From an uncultured Planctomycetales bacterium (GTDB lineage Bacteria > Omnitrophota > Gorgyraeia > Zapsychrales > JANLHA01): a stretch of 64,000 nucleotides of DNA. Location of the stretch: NCBI GenBank assembly GCA_964595465.1, contig CAZQQI010000006.1, forward strand, positions 655 to 64,654, written 5' to 3'. The position numbers were made by a program, and so were the translations under genes. Numbering within the stretch: the stretch's first letter is position 1; every line of letters starts with the position of its first letter. The notes under the pieces were generated by a model, which searched no databases, was not told where the DNA came from, and saw nothing but the letters and a program-made list of their open reading frames with translations. Shown in pieces: positions 1-8,110 of the stretch.

Positions 1-2
1 TG

Positions 3-236
3 GGAAGCCTGTTTGCCTACTGGCTGACCGGACCCGTGTGGAAACGCTGGCTGCTGTTTTTGTTTACCATCCCGATCGCGGTCATGACGAACGTGGTCCG
101 GGTGGTTTTTCTGTCCCTGATCGCCGAAATTTGGGGCCCGGGCGCCGCCGGCGGGATTATCCATGATATTTCCGGATTCGGAATTTTCGCGGTGGCGTTT
201 CTGCTGCTGCTTGCTGTCATGAAACTGATGGAGTAG
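3..236 (+). CDS. Exosortase (EpsH/Xrt family), C-terminal part; 5' end lies outside the window
   Basis: Frame open from base 3. Hydrophobic helices with the N-x-x-R motif (TNVVRV) and the His motif (IHDISG) typical of exosortase catalytic Arg/His. Directly upstream of EpsI and PEP-CTERM genes. Confidence 0.85.
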   Translation, partial: GSLFAYWLTGPVWKRWLLFLFTIPIAVMTNVVRVVFLSLIAEIWGPGAAGGIIHDISGFGIFAVAFLLLLAVMKLME

Positions 237-238
237 GT

Positions 239-880
239 ATGGTAAAAAAGAGCCAAAATACATGTTTCGCTCTCCTGGCGGTGATTTTCACGGTCGTGAC
301 CATTCTGTCCTGGGCCTGGTATTTTAAAGCCGCACAGCAGAAGGATACCGTGAATATTCATGAGGCCTTTCCCATGGAGATCGGAGAATGGGTCGGCAAA
401 GAAATTCCTATTTCCGAAGATGATTATCAGATCCTGGAGAACCGCAACGCCTTTATAAGGATGTACCGCAATCCCGCCGGACAATGGGTCATGTTTTTCC
501 TGAATTATTCTCAGACCAACCGCAAGGCCGCTCACCCTCCCGAGATCTGCTTCAGCGGAGGAGGGGCGACCTTTACCGACCGTGAGCGTATTACAGTAGA
601 AGCCGGCAAAGGAGAAGAGATCGCTTTTAACCATGTCCTGGTGGATTTTCCGCGGTATCAGCAGGTGATGTACTACACATTCAAGTCCGGTGAAGAATTT
701 ATCCCCGGCTATCTCCGCCAGCAGATCAATGTCGTTCTCAAAACCGTGGGGAAGGGAGCTCCCAGCAGTTCACTGATCCGTCTGACCACAACGATCCGCA
801 ATGGTGATAAAAAAGCGGCAAACCGTCTCATCGAATCGTTTTTCCGCGACATTTACCCCCTCCTAAAAGACCTCCCGTAA
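239..880 (+). CDS. epsI: EpsI family exosortase-associated periplasmic protein
   Basis: N-terminal TM, FPxxIGEWxG, and the HPPEICFSGGG motif (HxPxxCxxGxG); starts 2 bp after the exosortase stop. Confidence 0.85.
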   Translation: MVKKSQNTCFALLAVIFTVVTILSWAWYFKAAQQKDTVNIHEAFPMEIGEWVGKEIPISEDDYQILENRNAFIRMYRNPAGQWVMFFLNYSQTNRKAAHPPEICFSGGGATFTDRERITVEAGKGEEIAFNHVLVDFPRYQQVMYYTFKSGEEFIPGYLRQQINVVLKTVGKGAPSSSLIRLTTTIRNGDKKAANRLIESFFRDIYPLLKDLP

Positions 881-998
881 AAAAATGGTGTCGGATCTCA
901 TAAGTCATTTCTTTCCAGTACTTTAGAATTAATTCAATTTTCATTACTCTTTTTTATTTAGAAGTTGCAAATCGAGTTTCGCAGCCGAATGGCTCATG

Positions 999-1095
999 GA
1001 GATCGGAAGGGGCGCGCAGAGCGAGTTCCGAACCGAACGATTCATTAGATAAACGTTCGGGAGGCTGTTTGAGCGAACGGGTCCCTCCTGATCTC
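999..1095. other. Long imperfect inverted repeat (~97-nt hairpin) followed by a T-tract; possible structured RNA, terminator or REP-like element
   Basis: GAGATCGGAAGGGGC (999-1013) pairs with GTCCCTCCTGATCTC (1081-1095); inner stem CCGAACG/CGTTCGG; followed by TTTTATTTTTAT. Confidence 0.5.
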
Positions 1096-1133
1096 TTTTA
1101 TTTTTATCTGATTGTCGTAATTCCTGCCAACGA

Positions 1134-1168
1134 TGTCTCACTTAAACATTTGTTGTATCATTTCGACA
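1134..1168. promoter_or_regulatory. Two TGT-N9-ACA palindromes; candidate enhancer (UAS) for a sigma-54 activator
   Basis: TGTCTCACTTAAACA (1134-1148) and TGTATCATTTCGACA (1154-1168), 20 bp apart and about 135-170 bp upstream of a -24/-12 promoter. Confidence 0.5.
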
Positions 1169-1303
1169 AAAGAAAACGCTTTCTTTACATAGACAGTCAA
1201 TGACAATATGTGACAATACCAGCCAAAAAGCTCGAAATCGCTGAAATCCGGCATTATACGATGCGCTGGTCACAATTTTTTATTTCCAGAAATTTTCTGA
1301 CAT

Positions 1304-1319
1304 TGGCACGCTGTTTGCT
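1304..1319 (+). promoter_or_regulatory. Sigma-54 (-24/-12) promoter
   Basis: TGGCACG-CTGT-TTGCT is an exact match to the TGGCACG-N4-TTGCW consensus, 30 bp upstream of the ATG at 1349 (AAGGAG RBS). Confidence 0.85.
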
Positions 1320-1348
1320 TCTTAGGAAGGTGAAGCAAGGAGAAAGTC

Positions 1349-2212
1349 ATGAAATTAAAAAACATATCCTCTAAAAAATTTGCAGCTGCCGCGTTTCTCA
1401 TGATGGCGGTGATTCTTATTCTGGGAACTACGGCCTACGCAACCTTGAGCCAATGGGAAAATTTTGATCTCGTTGAAACGTCGCTTACCCCCAATGTGCT
1501 AACTGCGTCCGATACCGGGGTGGCGGACCTTACTGCCGAGAATAAATCCCGGGCTCCCGAGCCCTCAACTATGGCTCTCTTGTTTACCGGCCTGTGCGGA
1601 GCTGTCGTGAGTTTTGTCCGCAAGACCTATCGCGCAACCAAACGTCTGCTTGATATTGCTGCCGGCATAACCGGCCTGATCGTTCTTTCACCCCTGTATG
1701 CCCTGGTTGCTTTGCTGATCAAATTGAGTTCGCGGGGGCCGGTATTTTATACCCAAACCCGGGTCGGGCAGTACGGCAGGGTGTTTACGATGTATAAATT
1801 CCGCACGATGAAAGTGGACGCGGAAAAAGAAACCGGAGCGGTCTGGGCAAAAGAAAGTGACGACCGCTTGATCCCGGTAGGGAAATTTCTGCGCAAGATG
1901 CATATTGACGAGATCCCGCAATTTGTGAACATATTGAAAGGGGATATGTCATTGATCGGTCCGCGTCCGGAGCGCCCTGAGTTTGTCGAAAAATTCAAGA
2001 CCGAAATACCGGAATATGAACGCCGGCTGATGGTCAAGCCCGGGTTGACCGGTTTGGCCCAGGTCCGTCATCATTATGACCGCACGATTGAGGATGTGCG
2101 CAAAAAAATTAAATTGGACTTACTCTATATTCGCAGGCTGTGTCTCTGGACCGATGTGCGCATCTTTTTTCGGACCTTTCGTGTGGTGCTGACGGGCGAA
2201 GGGGCCCACTGA
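1349..2212 (+). CDS. Priming phosphoglycosyl transferase (Bac_transf/PglC-like) fused behind a signal peptide and an internal PEP-CTERM signal
   Basis: Signal peptide ending TAYA; APEPSTMALLFTGLCGAVVSFVRK at aa 69-92; then KRLLDI..LSP, KFRTM, IDEIPQF, GDMSLIGPRPERP and KPGLTGLAQV motifs of bacterial sugar transferases. Confidence 0.9.
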   Translation: MKLKNISSKKFAAAAFLMMAVILILGTTAYATLSQWENFDLVETSLTPNVLTASDTGVADLTAENKSRAPEPSTMALLFTGLCGAVVSFVRKTYRATKRLLDIAAGITGLIVLSPLYALVALLIKLSSRGPVFYTQTRVGQYGRVFTMYKFRTMKVDAEKETGAVWAKESDDRLIPVGKFLRKMHIDEIPQFVNILKGDMSLIGPRPERPEFVEKFKTEIPEYERRLMVKPGLTGLAQVRHHYDRTIEDVRKKIKLDLLYIRRLCLWTDVRIFFRTFRVVLTGEGAH

Positions 2213-2421
2213 TCTTTCAGAAAGTGATGGATTTCTCCGTGTTCCCCGGGGAGTTGTTCATATGTTTTTAATCTCCTTTGGGCATATGGATGCGGGATGT
2301 GTTTTGCCGAATATTTCGGACCACAAGATCCTGTCCGGGGAACGGAGAAAAATTTAAGCGAAGCCGCGTGATAGGAATGCAGGATAAGAAATAATACCTT
2401 AATGAAACGAGGGAGAAAATT

Positions 2422-3048
2422 ATGAAAGCGCTGAAAAATATGAAAAATTCCAACCGGGTCTATGTTCTGGGCGCCATGCTGGTAGGCGGGATTGTTCTAT
2501 TGATCCAGACCGGTGCGAGTGCCGTGTCCCTGAATCCTATTAATGGCCATTACTATGAGATCATAAGCGGGGAAACCGCGATCACCTGGGAACAGGCTAA
2601 TACACGGGCCAATAGTTCGGTTTTTGAAGGCCTGCAGGGGCATTTGGCAACGATCACTTCCCAGGAAGAAAATGATTGGCTCTCTAAAACCTTTGGAGCT
2701 TCTCATGCGGCCTGGCTGGGCGGGTATCAGGATAAAGAGGCCTTGGATTATGACGAGCCGGACGGCGGATGGCGCTGGGTAACAGGGGAAGAATGGGATT
2801 ACGCGCCCTGGGCGCCGGGTGAGCCAAATAACTGGGATCATGGTGATGATATCAATGAAGATAAGGTGCGTACTTGGCCGAATGATGGGCCGGAGATCGT
2901 AGTTAATGATGCTCCCAATGATCCCGGTACTCCGGTGGATAAGATCTACGTTGAGTACGAACCCGTGGCCACCCCGGAACCGGGCAGCATGGCTTTACTG
3001 GGGATCGGCTTATTAGGCGCGGCCGGATTCCGGCGTAAAAAGAAATAA
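2422..3048 (+). CDS. PEP-CTERM protein with a C-type lectin-like domain
   Basis: Signal peptide; GHYYE, TWEQA, GHLATITSQEEN, WLGG and WAPGEPNN lectin motifs; C-terminal TPEPGSMALLGIGLLGAAGFRRKKK. Confidence 0.88.
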   Translation: MKALKNMKNSNRVYVLGAMLVGGIVLLIQTGASAVSLNPINGHYYEIISGETAITWEQANTRANSSVFEGLQGHLATITSQEENDWLSKTFGASHAAWLGGYQDKEALDYDEPDGGWRWVTGEEWDYAPWAPGEPNNWDHGDDINEDKVRTWPNDGPEIVVNDAPNDPGTPVDKIYVEYEPVATPEPGSMALLGIGLLGAAGFRRKKK

Positions 3049-3078
3049 CGTGTATGACATTAAAGAAAGTGGTGCGAT

Positions 3079-3723
3079 GTGCGGAAGATCTTTTTGACAA
3101 CATTGATGATGACATTCATCTACGCGGTGCCGTCCTGGGCGTTCCCTCTGGCCAATTTCGGTTTTGAGACCCGCGATACAACCGGGTGGACCGAAGAGCT
3201 GAATAACGGTCAGATTTTAGTGACGCCTTCGCATAATGGTAGTGATGACAGTGTGGTTTATTCACCTCAGGAAGGAAATTATTTTCTTCGCCTGCAGGCC
3301 GGTGCGGCCGATACTGTTGTGAACGTGTACCAGGATTTTTCTTTGTTCGCGGGTCAGTCGATCACGGGAATGGCCGCTTTTGATGCCCGGGATTATGATC
3401 CGTATAATGATCGGGCATTCGTTCAGATTTTTGAGGCTGGAACGGATTTTTCATCAACTCTGTGGGAGGCCAGTGTCCTGCAGGACGGGAATCATGTCAA
3501 CGCGCCCTGGGAAGAATGGCGATTTACCGCGGAAACTACGGGAGAGTATCGTTTAACGTATGGGGTTGTCAATGATGATGACGCATTAAACAGCAGTTAC
3601 GCTCTGTTTGACGCCCGGCAGGAGCCTGTTGTGCCGGAACCTGCGAGCATGATGCTGTTTGCAACCGGTTTATTGGGCGCGGCCGGCAGCCGTTTGCGGA
3701 GTGCACGAAAGAGAAGTTCATAA
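3079..3723 (+). CDS. PEP-CTERM sorting domain protein
   Basis: GTG start, signal peptide, NxGFE..W beta-sandwich-like start; ends VPEPASMMLFATGLLGAAGSRLRSARKRSS. Confidence 0.88.
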   Translation: MRKIFLTTLMMTFIYAVPSWAFPLANFGFETRDTTGWTEELNNGQILVTPSHNGSDDSVVYSPQEGNYFLRLQAGAADTVVNVYQDFSLFAGQSITGMAAFDARDYDPYNDRAFVQIFEAGTDFSSTLWEASVLQDGNHVNAPWEEWRFTAETTGEYRLTYGVVNDDDALNSSYALFDARQEPVVPEPASMMLFATGLLGAAGSRLRSARKRSS

Positions 3724-3805
3724 TTCACAATAAGCCATCTACAGAAGGTGTTTTTATAGATCGGGGAGAATAATAATGAAATGTTTCCAAGGAAAGGGAC
3801 AAAAA

Positions 3806-4639
3806 ATGAAAAAATTACTTACAGCAATAGCCGTAGTTGCTCTGGCTCTGGCTGTGCCGTCCGCGGCATCTGCCTTCAGTCTGGGTGATTACACCGGCGG
3901 AGTGACATTTGACTTCGTGAATTGGGATGTCGGGACAACCTATGATGCCGATACTTCGTTTGAAGATGGGGCGGACGGCGATGCCGACAGTTTCGGACTG
4001 GTTCGTGTGGATACCATCGATGCTCTAGGCGGAAATCCTCTTTGGCAGTCAACAGCGGCCAATGAATCTCTGCAGGGTTGGTTTTATGGGTTAGACGATA
4101 ATACAGTAGATATCGGCTCCGACTATTCCGGCACGATTGAATCCATCGGCGGATATGTTGATCTGTATTTAGTTCAGGGAGGACAGACGTTGGATCCTTT
4201 GGCAGCTCCTGCTCCGACCACTCCGATGACGGGATTGTCAGCTCCTGCTGATCAGTGGAATGCCACTGACGGTGAATTATTCCTGCGCTTGGAGTTTGTA
4301 CCGGGTGTGGTTTCCAGCCAGAATTCTACGTATTTTCAGGATATAACAACGATTACTAATCCGGTCTTTGGGACTGGACAGGGATATCTGTCTGTTGTCG
4401 GAGGCAGCCACGCAGCGCTGTTTGACAGCAACGCCTATAATGATGTGTTTCCGAATGCAGATTTTTATTTTTCTGACAGCTTTGATGATAGAGGTCTGAC
4501 CGCTGAACAGCAAGAGAACGGCTGGACGGTCTTCAGTGACGGCAAAGTCACAGGAAAAGCTGTACCGGAACCCGCCACCATGATGCTTTTGGGTGTCGGC
4601 CTGGCAGGTGGCGCGCTGGTTCGCCGCCGTCGGTCATAA
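3806..4639 (+). CDS. PEP-CTERM sorting domain protein (acidic, Thr/Asp/Gly-rich)
   Basis: MKKLL.. signal peptide at 3806 (the ORF track starts at 3776); ends VPEPATMMLLGVGLAGGALVRRRRS. Confidence 0.9.
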   Translation: MKKLLTAIAVVALALAVPSAASAFSLGDYTGGVTFDFVNWDVGTTYDADTSFEDGADGDADSFGLVRVDTIDALGGNPLWQSTAANESLQGWFYGLDDNTVDIGSDYSGTIESIGGYVDLYLVQGGQTLDPLAAPAPTTPMTGLSAPADQWNATDGELFLRLEFVPGVVSSQNSTYFQDITTITNPVFGTGQGYLSVVGGSHAALFDSNAYNDVFPNADFYFSDSFDDRGLTAEQQENGWTVFSDGKVTGKAVPEPATMMLLGVGLAGGALVRRRRS

Positions 4640-4684
4640 GCGTTAGAGCAAGACGTATAAGAAATTGACCTTTCCTTATACCAT

Positions 4685-4721
4685 AAAGGGCATTCCGTCT
4701 TCGGGCGGGGTGCCTTTTTTT
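4685..4721 (+). terminator. Rho-independent terminator after the PEP-CTERM genes
   Basis: AAAGGGCATTCCGTC-TTCG-GGCGGGGTGCCTTT followed by a T run. Confidence 0.85.
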
Positions 4722-4732
4722 GAGCTTACTGC

Positions 4733-4762
4733 TTGCCAGACCGCCTGCAGGACCGCTATAAT
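4733..4762 (+). promoter_or_regulatory. Candidate sigma-70 promoter
   Basis: TTGCCA-18 bp-TATAAT upstream of a GGAGG RBS and the ATG at 4786. Confidence 0.45.
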
Positions 4763-4785
4763 ACATATCCTTGAGGAGGGTAGAT

Positions 4786-6180
4786 ATGTTCACAGCGTTA
4801 AAGCGCCGGAAAATTGTTCAGTTTTTACGTCAGACCGATTATGACCGCCTGCTTCGCCATGGCGAACAGCGTTTGATCAAGGCCTTTCAGCGCGCTGCCC
4901 GTCAGGTCCCGGCTTACCGTCAGATCCTCAGTCAGAATCATGTCCCGGTCAGCGCCATTCAGCGTCCGGAGCATTTTCAGGCCCATGTCCCCGTCATTGA
5001 CAAAAAGATCTTTTCCGCTTACCCGTTAGCAGATCTTTGCTGCGGCGGGCGTCTGGACAAGGTCGCTGCGGTGATGTCCAGTTCCGGATTTTCCGGTTCA
5101 TTCTCCTATTCTCTGAGCACGCAGTCCGATGCCGAACTGACCGCGGATGTTGTCGATGCCTTGCTCGATGCCCGTTTTGATGCCTTTAACCGCAAGACTT
5201 TATTTATCAGCTGCCTGGGCATGGGGGTCAAGGTGCCGACACGGCTTCCCCTGGCTGAGGTCGGACAGAGGGCCGATATCGCTCTGGCGGTGATCGAAAA
5301 ACTGCAGTTATATTACGAGCAGATCATCATTATTGGCAACACCTATTTTTTGAAAAAGCTTATTGAAGACGGGCGGGACCGCGGCCTCGATTGGCCGCGT
5401 CTGAGGGTCCATGTGATCATGGGGGAAGACTGGTTTCCCGAATCCTACCGGGATTATCTGTCTTCTCTGCTGGGGATCTCAATGGATCATCCGCATACCA
5501 GTTCAGTTATGTCCACGATGGGGATCAGTGAGCTGGGTATCAGTCTCTTTCAGGAAGATGAGGATCTGGTGCGCATTCGGCGTATGGCGGTCAAGAATGA
5601 ACAGTTTTCCCGCGCTCTGTTCGGCCGGAACCTGCCGTTTACGCCGCTGATCTTTTATTACAATCCTCTTCAGGTCTATGTTGAGGAGGTGGAGGGTGAA
5701 CTGGTTTTTTCGAATCTTTCGCCTGACGCCATCCTCCCGTTGATGCGCTATGCCCCGCATGATCTCGGCGGCTGTATTAGCCGGGCGCGCTTAAAAAATG
5801 TGCTTCATGATTTTGGTGTCAGTGAGCTGATGCCGTCTTGGCCTCTTCCGCTGGTCTGGGTAGGAGGACGCGCCGGCAAGACCCTTGATGTCGACGGGCA
5901 AAATGTTACCCCGGAACAGATCAAAGCGCTGCTCTACAGCCATCCCGCGTTGGCGCAGGTGACAACGGGATATTTTCATTTATCCGGCAAACGACGGAAG
6001 CTGGTGATTGAGATCCAGCTAAAACCGGGGATCGACCCGGATGTCACTTTGCACAAAACAGCCCAGTCTGTTTTTTCGGGACTCACTCCCCGCAAACCGG
6101 AGATCACGATCTATCCGTACATAGAATTCCCCTACGGGATCGAACTGAATTATGAAGGAAAGTTCCGTTATGTGGGGTAG
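4786..6180 (+). CDS. Phenylacetate-CoA ligase (PaaK)-like adenylate-forming enzyme
   Basis: AARQVPAY, PVIDK, P-loop-like SSSGFSG, GISELG, GELVFS and PLMRY..HDLG motifs; substrate unknown. Confidence 0.75.
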   Translation: MFTALKRRKIVQFLRQTDYDRLLRHGEQRLIKAFQRAARQVPAYRQILSQNHVPVSAIQRPEHFQAHVPVIDKKIFSAYPLADLCCGGRLDKVAAVMSSSGFSGSFSYSLSTQSDAELTADVVDALLDARFDAFNRKTLFISCLGMGVKVPTRLPLAEVGQRADIALAVIEKLQLYYEQIIIIGNTYFLKKLIEDGRDRGLDWPRLRVHVIMGEDWFPESYRDYLSSLLGISMDHPHTSSVMSTMGISELGISLFQEDEDLVRIRRMAVKNEQFSRALFGRNLPFTPLIFYYNPLQVYVEEVEGELVFSNLSPDAILPLMRYAPHDLGGCISRARLKNVLHDFGVSELMPSWPLPLVWVGGRAGKTLDVDGQNVTPEQIKALLYSHPALAQVTTGYFHLSGKRRKLVIEIQLKPGIDPDVTLHKTAQSVFSGLTPRKPEITIYPYIEFPYGIELNYEGKFRYVG

Positions 6181-6273
6181 GATGGTGTGCGCTGATATTC
6201 AGGCAGTTTTTGTGCGGCCTAACCGGCACAAAAATCCGCCGATCAGATCATATTGTTTTTATGAAAGACGTGA

Positions 6274-7416
6274 TCAGAAATGCCATTTCAGCTGAACGTA
6301 ATACACATTTTCTGAATCCCCGAATTCCGTGTCGTTATCTCCCCAATAAAATTGAATGCCAGCCCCGATGTCCAGGTTTTGCCGGACGTTATAATTGATT
6401 TCGGGGTTATACGCCGCGCTGCCGCCTTCCAGATCACAGATAAAAAATTGATCCCAAATGATAAGCGGGGTGAATTTGTACTGCCACCAGAGGCTGGCGA
6501 GGTGTTTTCTCAGCGAGAGCAGATCGCGGGAATTCCTCAGGGAGTTGAGCAGGGCAAGGGGGTTATTTTCATCTGCGCCGCCGTTGTAAAAATATTCGAT
6601 CAGTCCGTAGGTCTTTTGATCAAAGGTGTAATCCAGACCCACTGCGGCCCGGGCAAACTGCCGGTTATCGTCCATGGTCGTATGCGTGACCTCTCCCCGG
6701 AAACCGGCATCCTGCAGATACCCGTCCCAGGTCAATCCGAAAATATCCGCTTCCTGCCGGTTGGCTGCGATGAAAGCGGTGTCAAAATCCCCAAGTTGTG
6801 TGTAGGCTTTGAGTCCGTAGGAGGAATCCTCCGCCCCGTCACCGGGCAGGGCAACCAGAGAGACCCCTTTAAATCCGTCGGGAGAATAGTTGAATGTGAC
6901 CCCGTCGATGCCGATACGTTCATCATATTCCAAGTCTAGTGGTCCGTTGGGATTAAAAAGGTCTGCCGGGCTGTAAAACCGCAGGTTGCCCCAGTCGACA
7001 GCCTGTTTTCCCGCCGCGGCCTGCCATTGCGGGGAATAATATTTCACGTATAAACGGTAGATCTTGTGATTGAGGTACAGATGGTCATTATCGACTGAAG
7101 CATGGTCCAGGTCAACATTGACGGCTTGATCCTGTTCTTTGTTGTGAATGGTCTGAAAATCTCCGGTATTGCCGAAGTCGTGAATGAGCGCCTCATTGTC
7201 CACCGCGATATAAAACTGCCAGGGATCATTGTGCGCCTCCATGGTCAGGCGCAGGCGGTTGAGATTGGCATTGATATCCTCTTCACTGTAAACGGATCGT
7301 GTATAAGTGTGGAGATTTTTGTAATATCCGCCGAAATCAAAGACCGGCGCGGCCTGGGCAGGGAGGGCTGAGAAAAGAAGAGTGGATAATACCGGGATAA
7401 GGCAGAGGTAGCGCAT
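6274..7416 (-). CDS. Predicted outer-membrane beta-barrel protein associated with the ABC cassette
   Basis: Signal peptide, aromatic-rich amphipathic strands, GKQAVDWG motif, C-terminal YVQLKWHF barrel signal; last gene of the operon. Confidence 0.65.
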   Translation of the reverse strand: MRYLCLIPVLSTLLFSALPAQAAPVFDFGGYYKNLHTYTRSVYSEEDINANLNRLRLTMEAHNDPWQFYIAVDNEALIHDFGNTGDFQTIHNKEQDQAVNVDLDHASVDNDHLYLNHKIYRLYVKYYSPQWQAAAGKQAVDWGNLRFYSPADLFNPNGPLDLEYDERIGIDGVTFNYSPDGFKGVSLVALPGDGAEDSSYGLKAYTQLGDFDTAFIAANRQEADIFGLTWDGYLQDAGFRGEVTHTTMDDNRQFARAAVGLDYTFDQKTYGLIEYFYNGGADENNPLALLNSLRNSRDLLSLRKHLASLWWQYKFTPLIIWDQFFICDLEGGSAAYNPEINYNVRQNLDIGAGIQFYWGDNDTEFGDSENVYYVQLKWHF

Positions 7417-7420
7417 GGGA

Positions 7421-8110
7421 TCACTCCTTGGTTTGGTCGAGAATCATACCGTCGCGGATATGGACCAGACGGCGGGCCTTATCCATAACCAGAGGATCGT
7501 GGGTGGAAAAGACAAAGGTGACCTCTTTGTCCGCATTCAATTCTTTCATGAGTTCAATCAAAGATTCGGATGTGGCCGAATCCAGGTTGGCCGTCGGTTC
7601 ATCAGCGATAATAAGGCGGGGTTCGGCGACAATAGCCCGGGCCACAGCCACGCGCTGCTGCTGACCTCCGCTCATCTCATTGGGGAAGCGGTCAAGATAA
7701 TCCGCTAAACCGACGCGGCTTAAGGTGTCCTGTGCCCGGCGGGTGCGTTCTTCCGGCGCAAGGCCCTGCAGCAGCATAACGTATTCGACATTTTCCCGTG
7801 CGGTCAGGGTGTTGATCAGGTTATAGGCCTGAAAAATAAAGCCCAGAGAGCGGAGGCGGAAATCAGAAAGCTGGTCAGGACTGAGACTGGAAATATCCCG
7901 GTCTGCAAAATGTACCGTTCCGGCGGTCGGGTTGTCCAGGGCGCCGATGATATTCAGCAGAGAACTTTTGCCTGATCCAGAAGGTCCGGCAATGGCCAGG
8001 AAATCTCCGGAAAAGATATCCAGGGTGACCCCGCGCAATGCCGGTGTGGTGATGTCGCGTCCGGTCGTGTAGGTCTTGTGCAGATTGTTGATCCGTAATA
8101 ATGGTGTCAT
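7421..8110 (-). CDS. ABC transporter ATP-binding protein (LolD/MacB-like)
   Basis: Walker A GPSGSGKS, GFIFQAYNL, MSGGQQQRVAVARA, ADEPTANLD and STHD. Confidence 0.95.
   Translation of the reverse strand: MTPLLRINNLHKTYTTGRDITTPALRGVTLDIFSGDFLAIAGPSGSGKSSLLNIIGALDNPTAGTVHFADRDISSLSPDQLSDFRLRSLGFIFQAYNLINTLTARENVEYVMLLQGLAPEERTRRAQDTLSRVGLADYLDRFPNEMSGGQQQRVAVARAIVAEPRLIIADEPTANLDSATSESLIELMKELNADKEVTFVFSTHDPLVMDKARRLVHIRDGMILDQTKE

Noticed and set aside
999-1095. SRP (4.5S) or 6S RNA
   Set aside because: Lacks the SRP domain IV GGAA loop and CAGG/AGCA motif on both strands, and is too short for 6S; kept only as an unexplained hairpin.
2278-2293. Second sigma-54 promoter before the lectin gene
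   Set aside because: Only the GG-N10-GC spacing fits; poor match to TGGCAC/TTGC.
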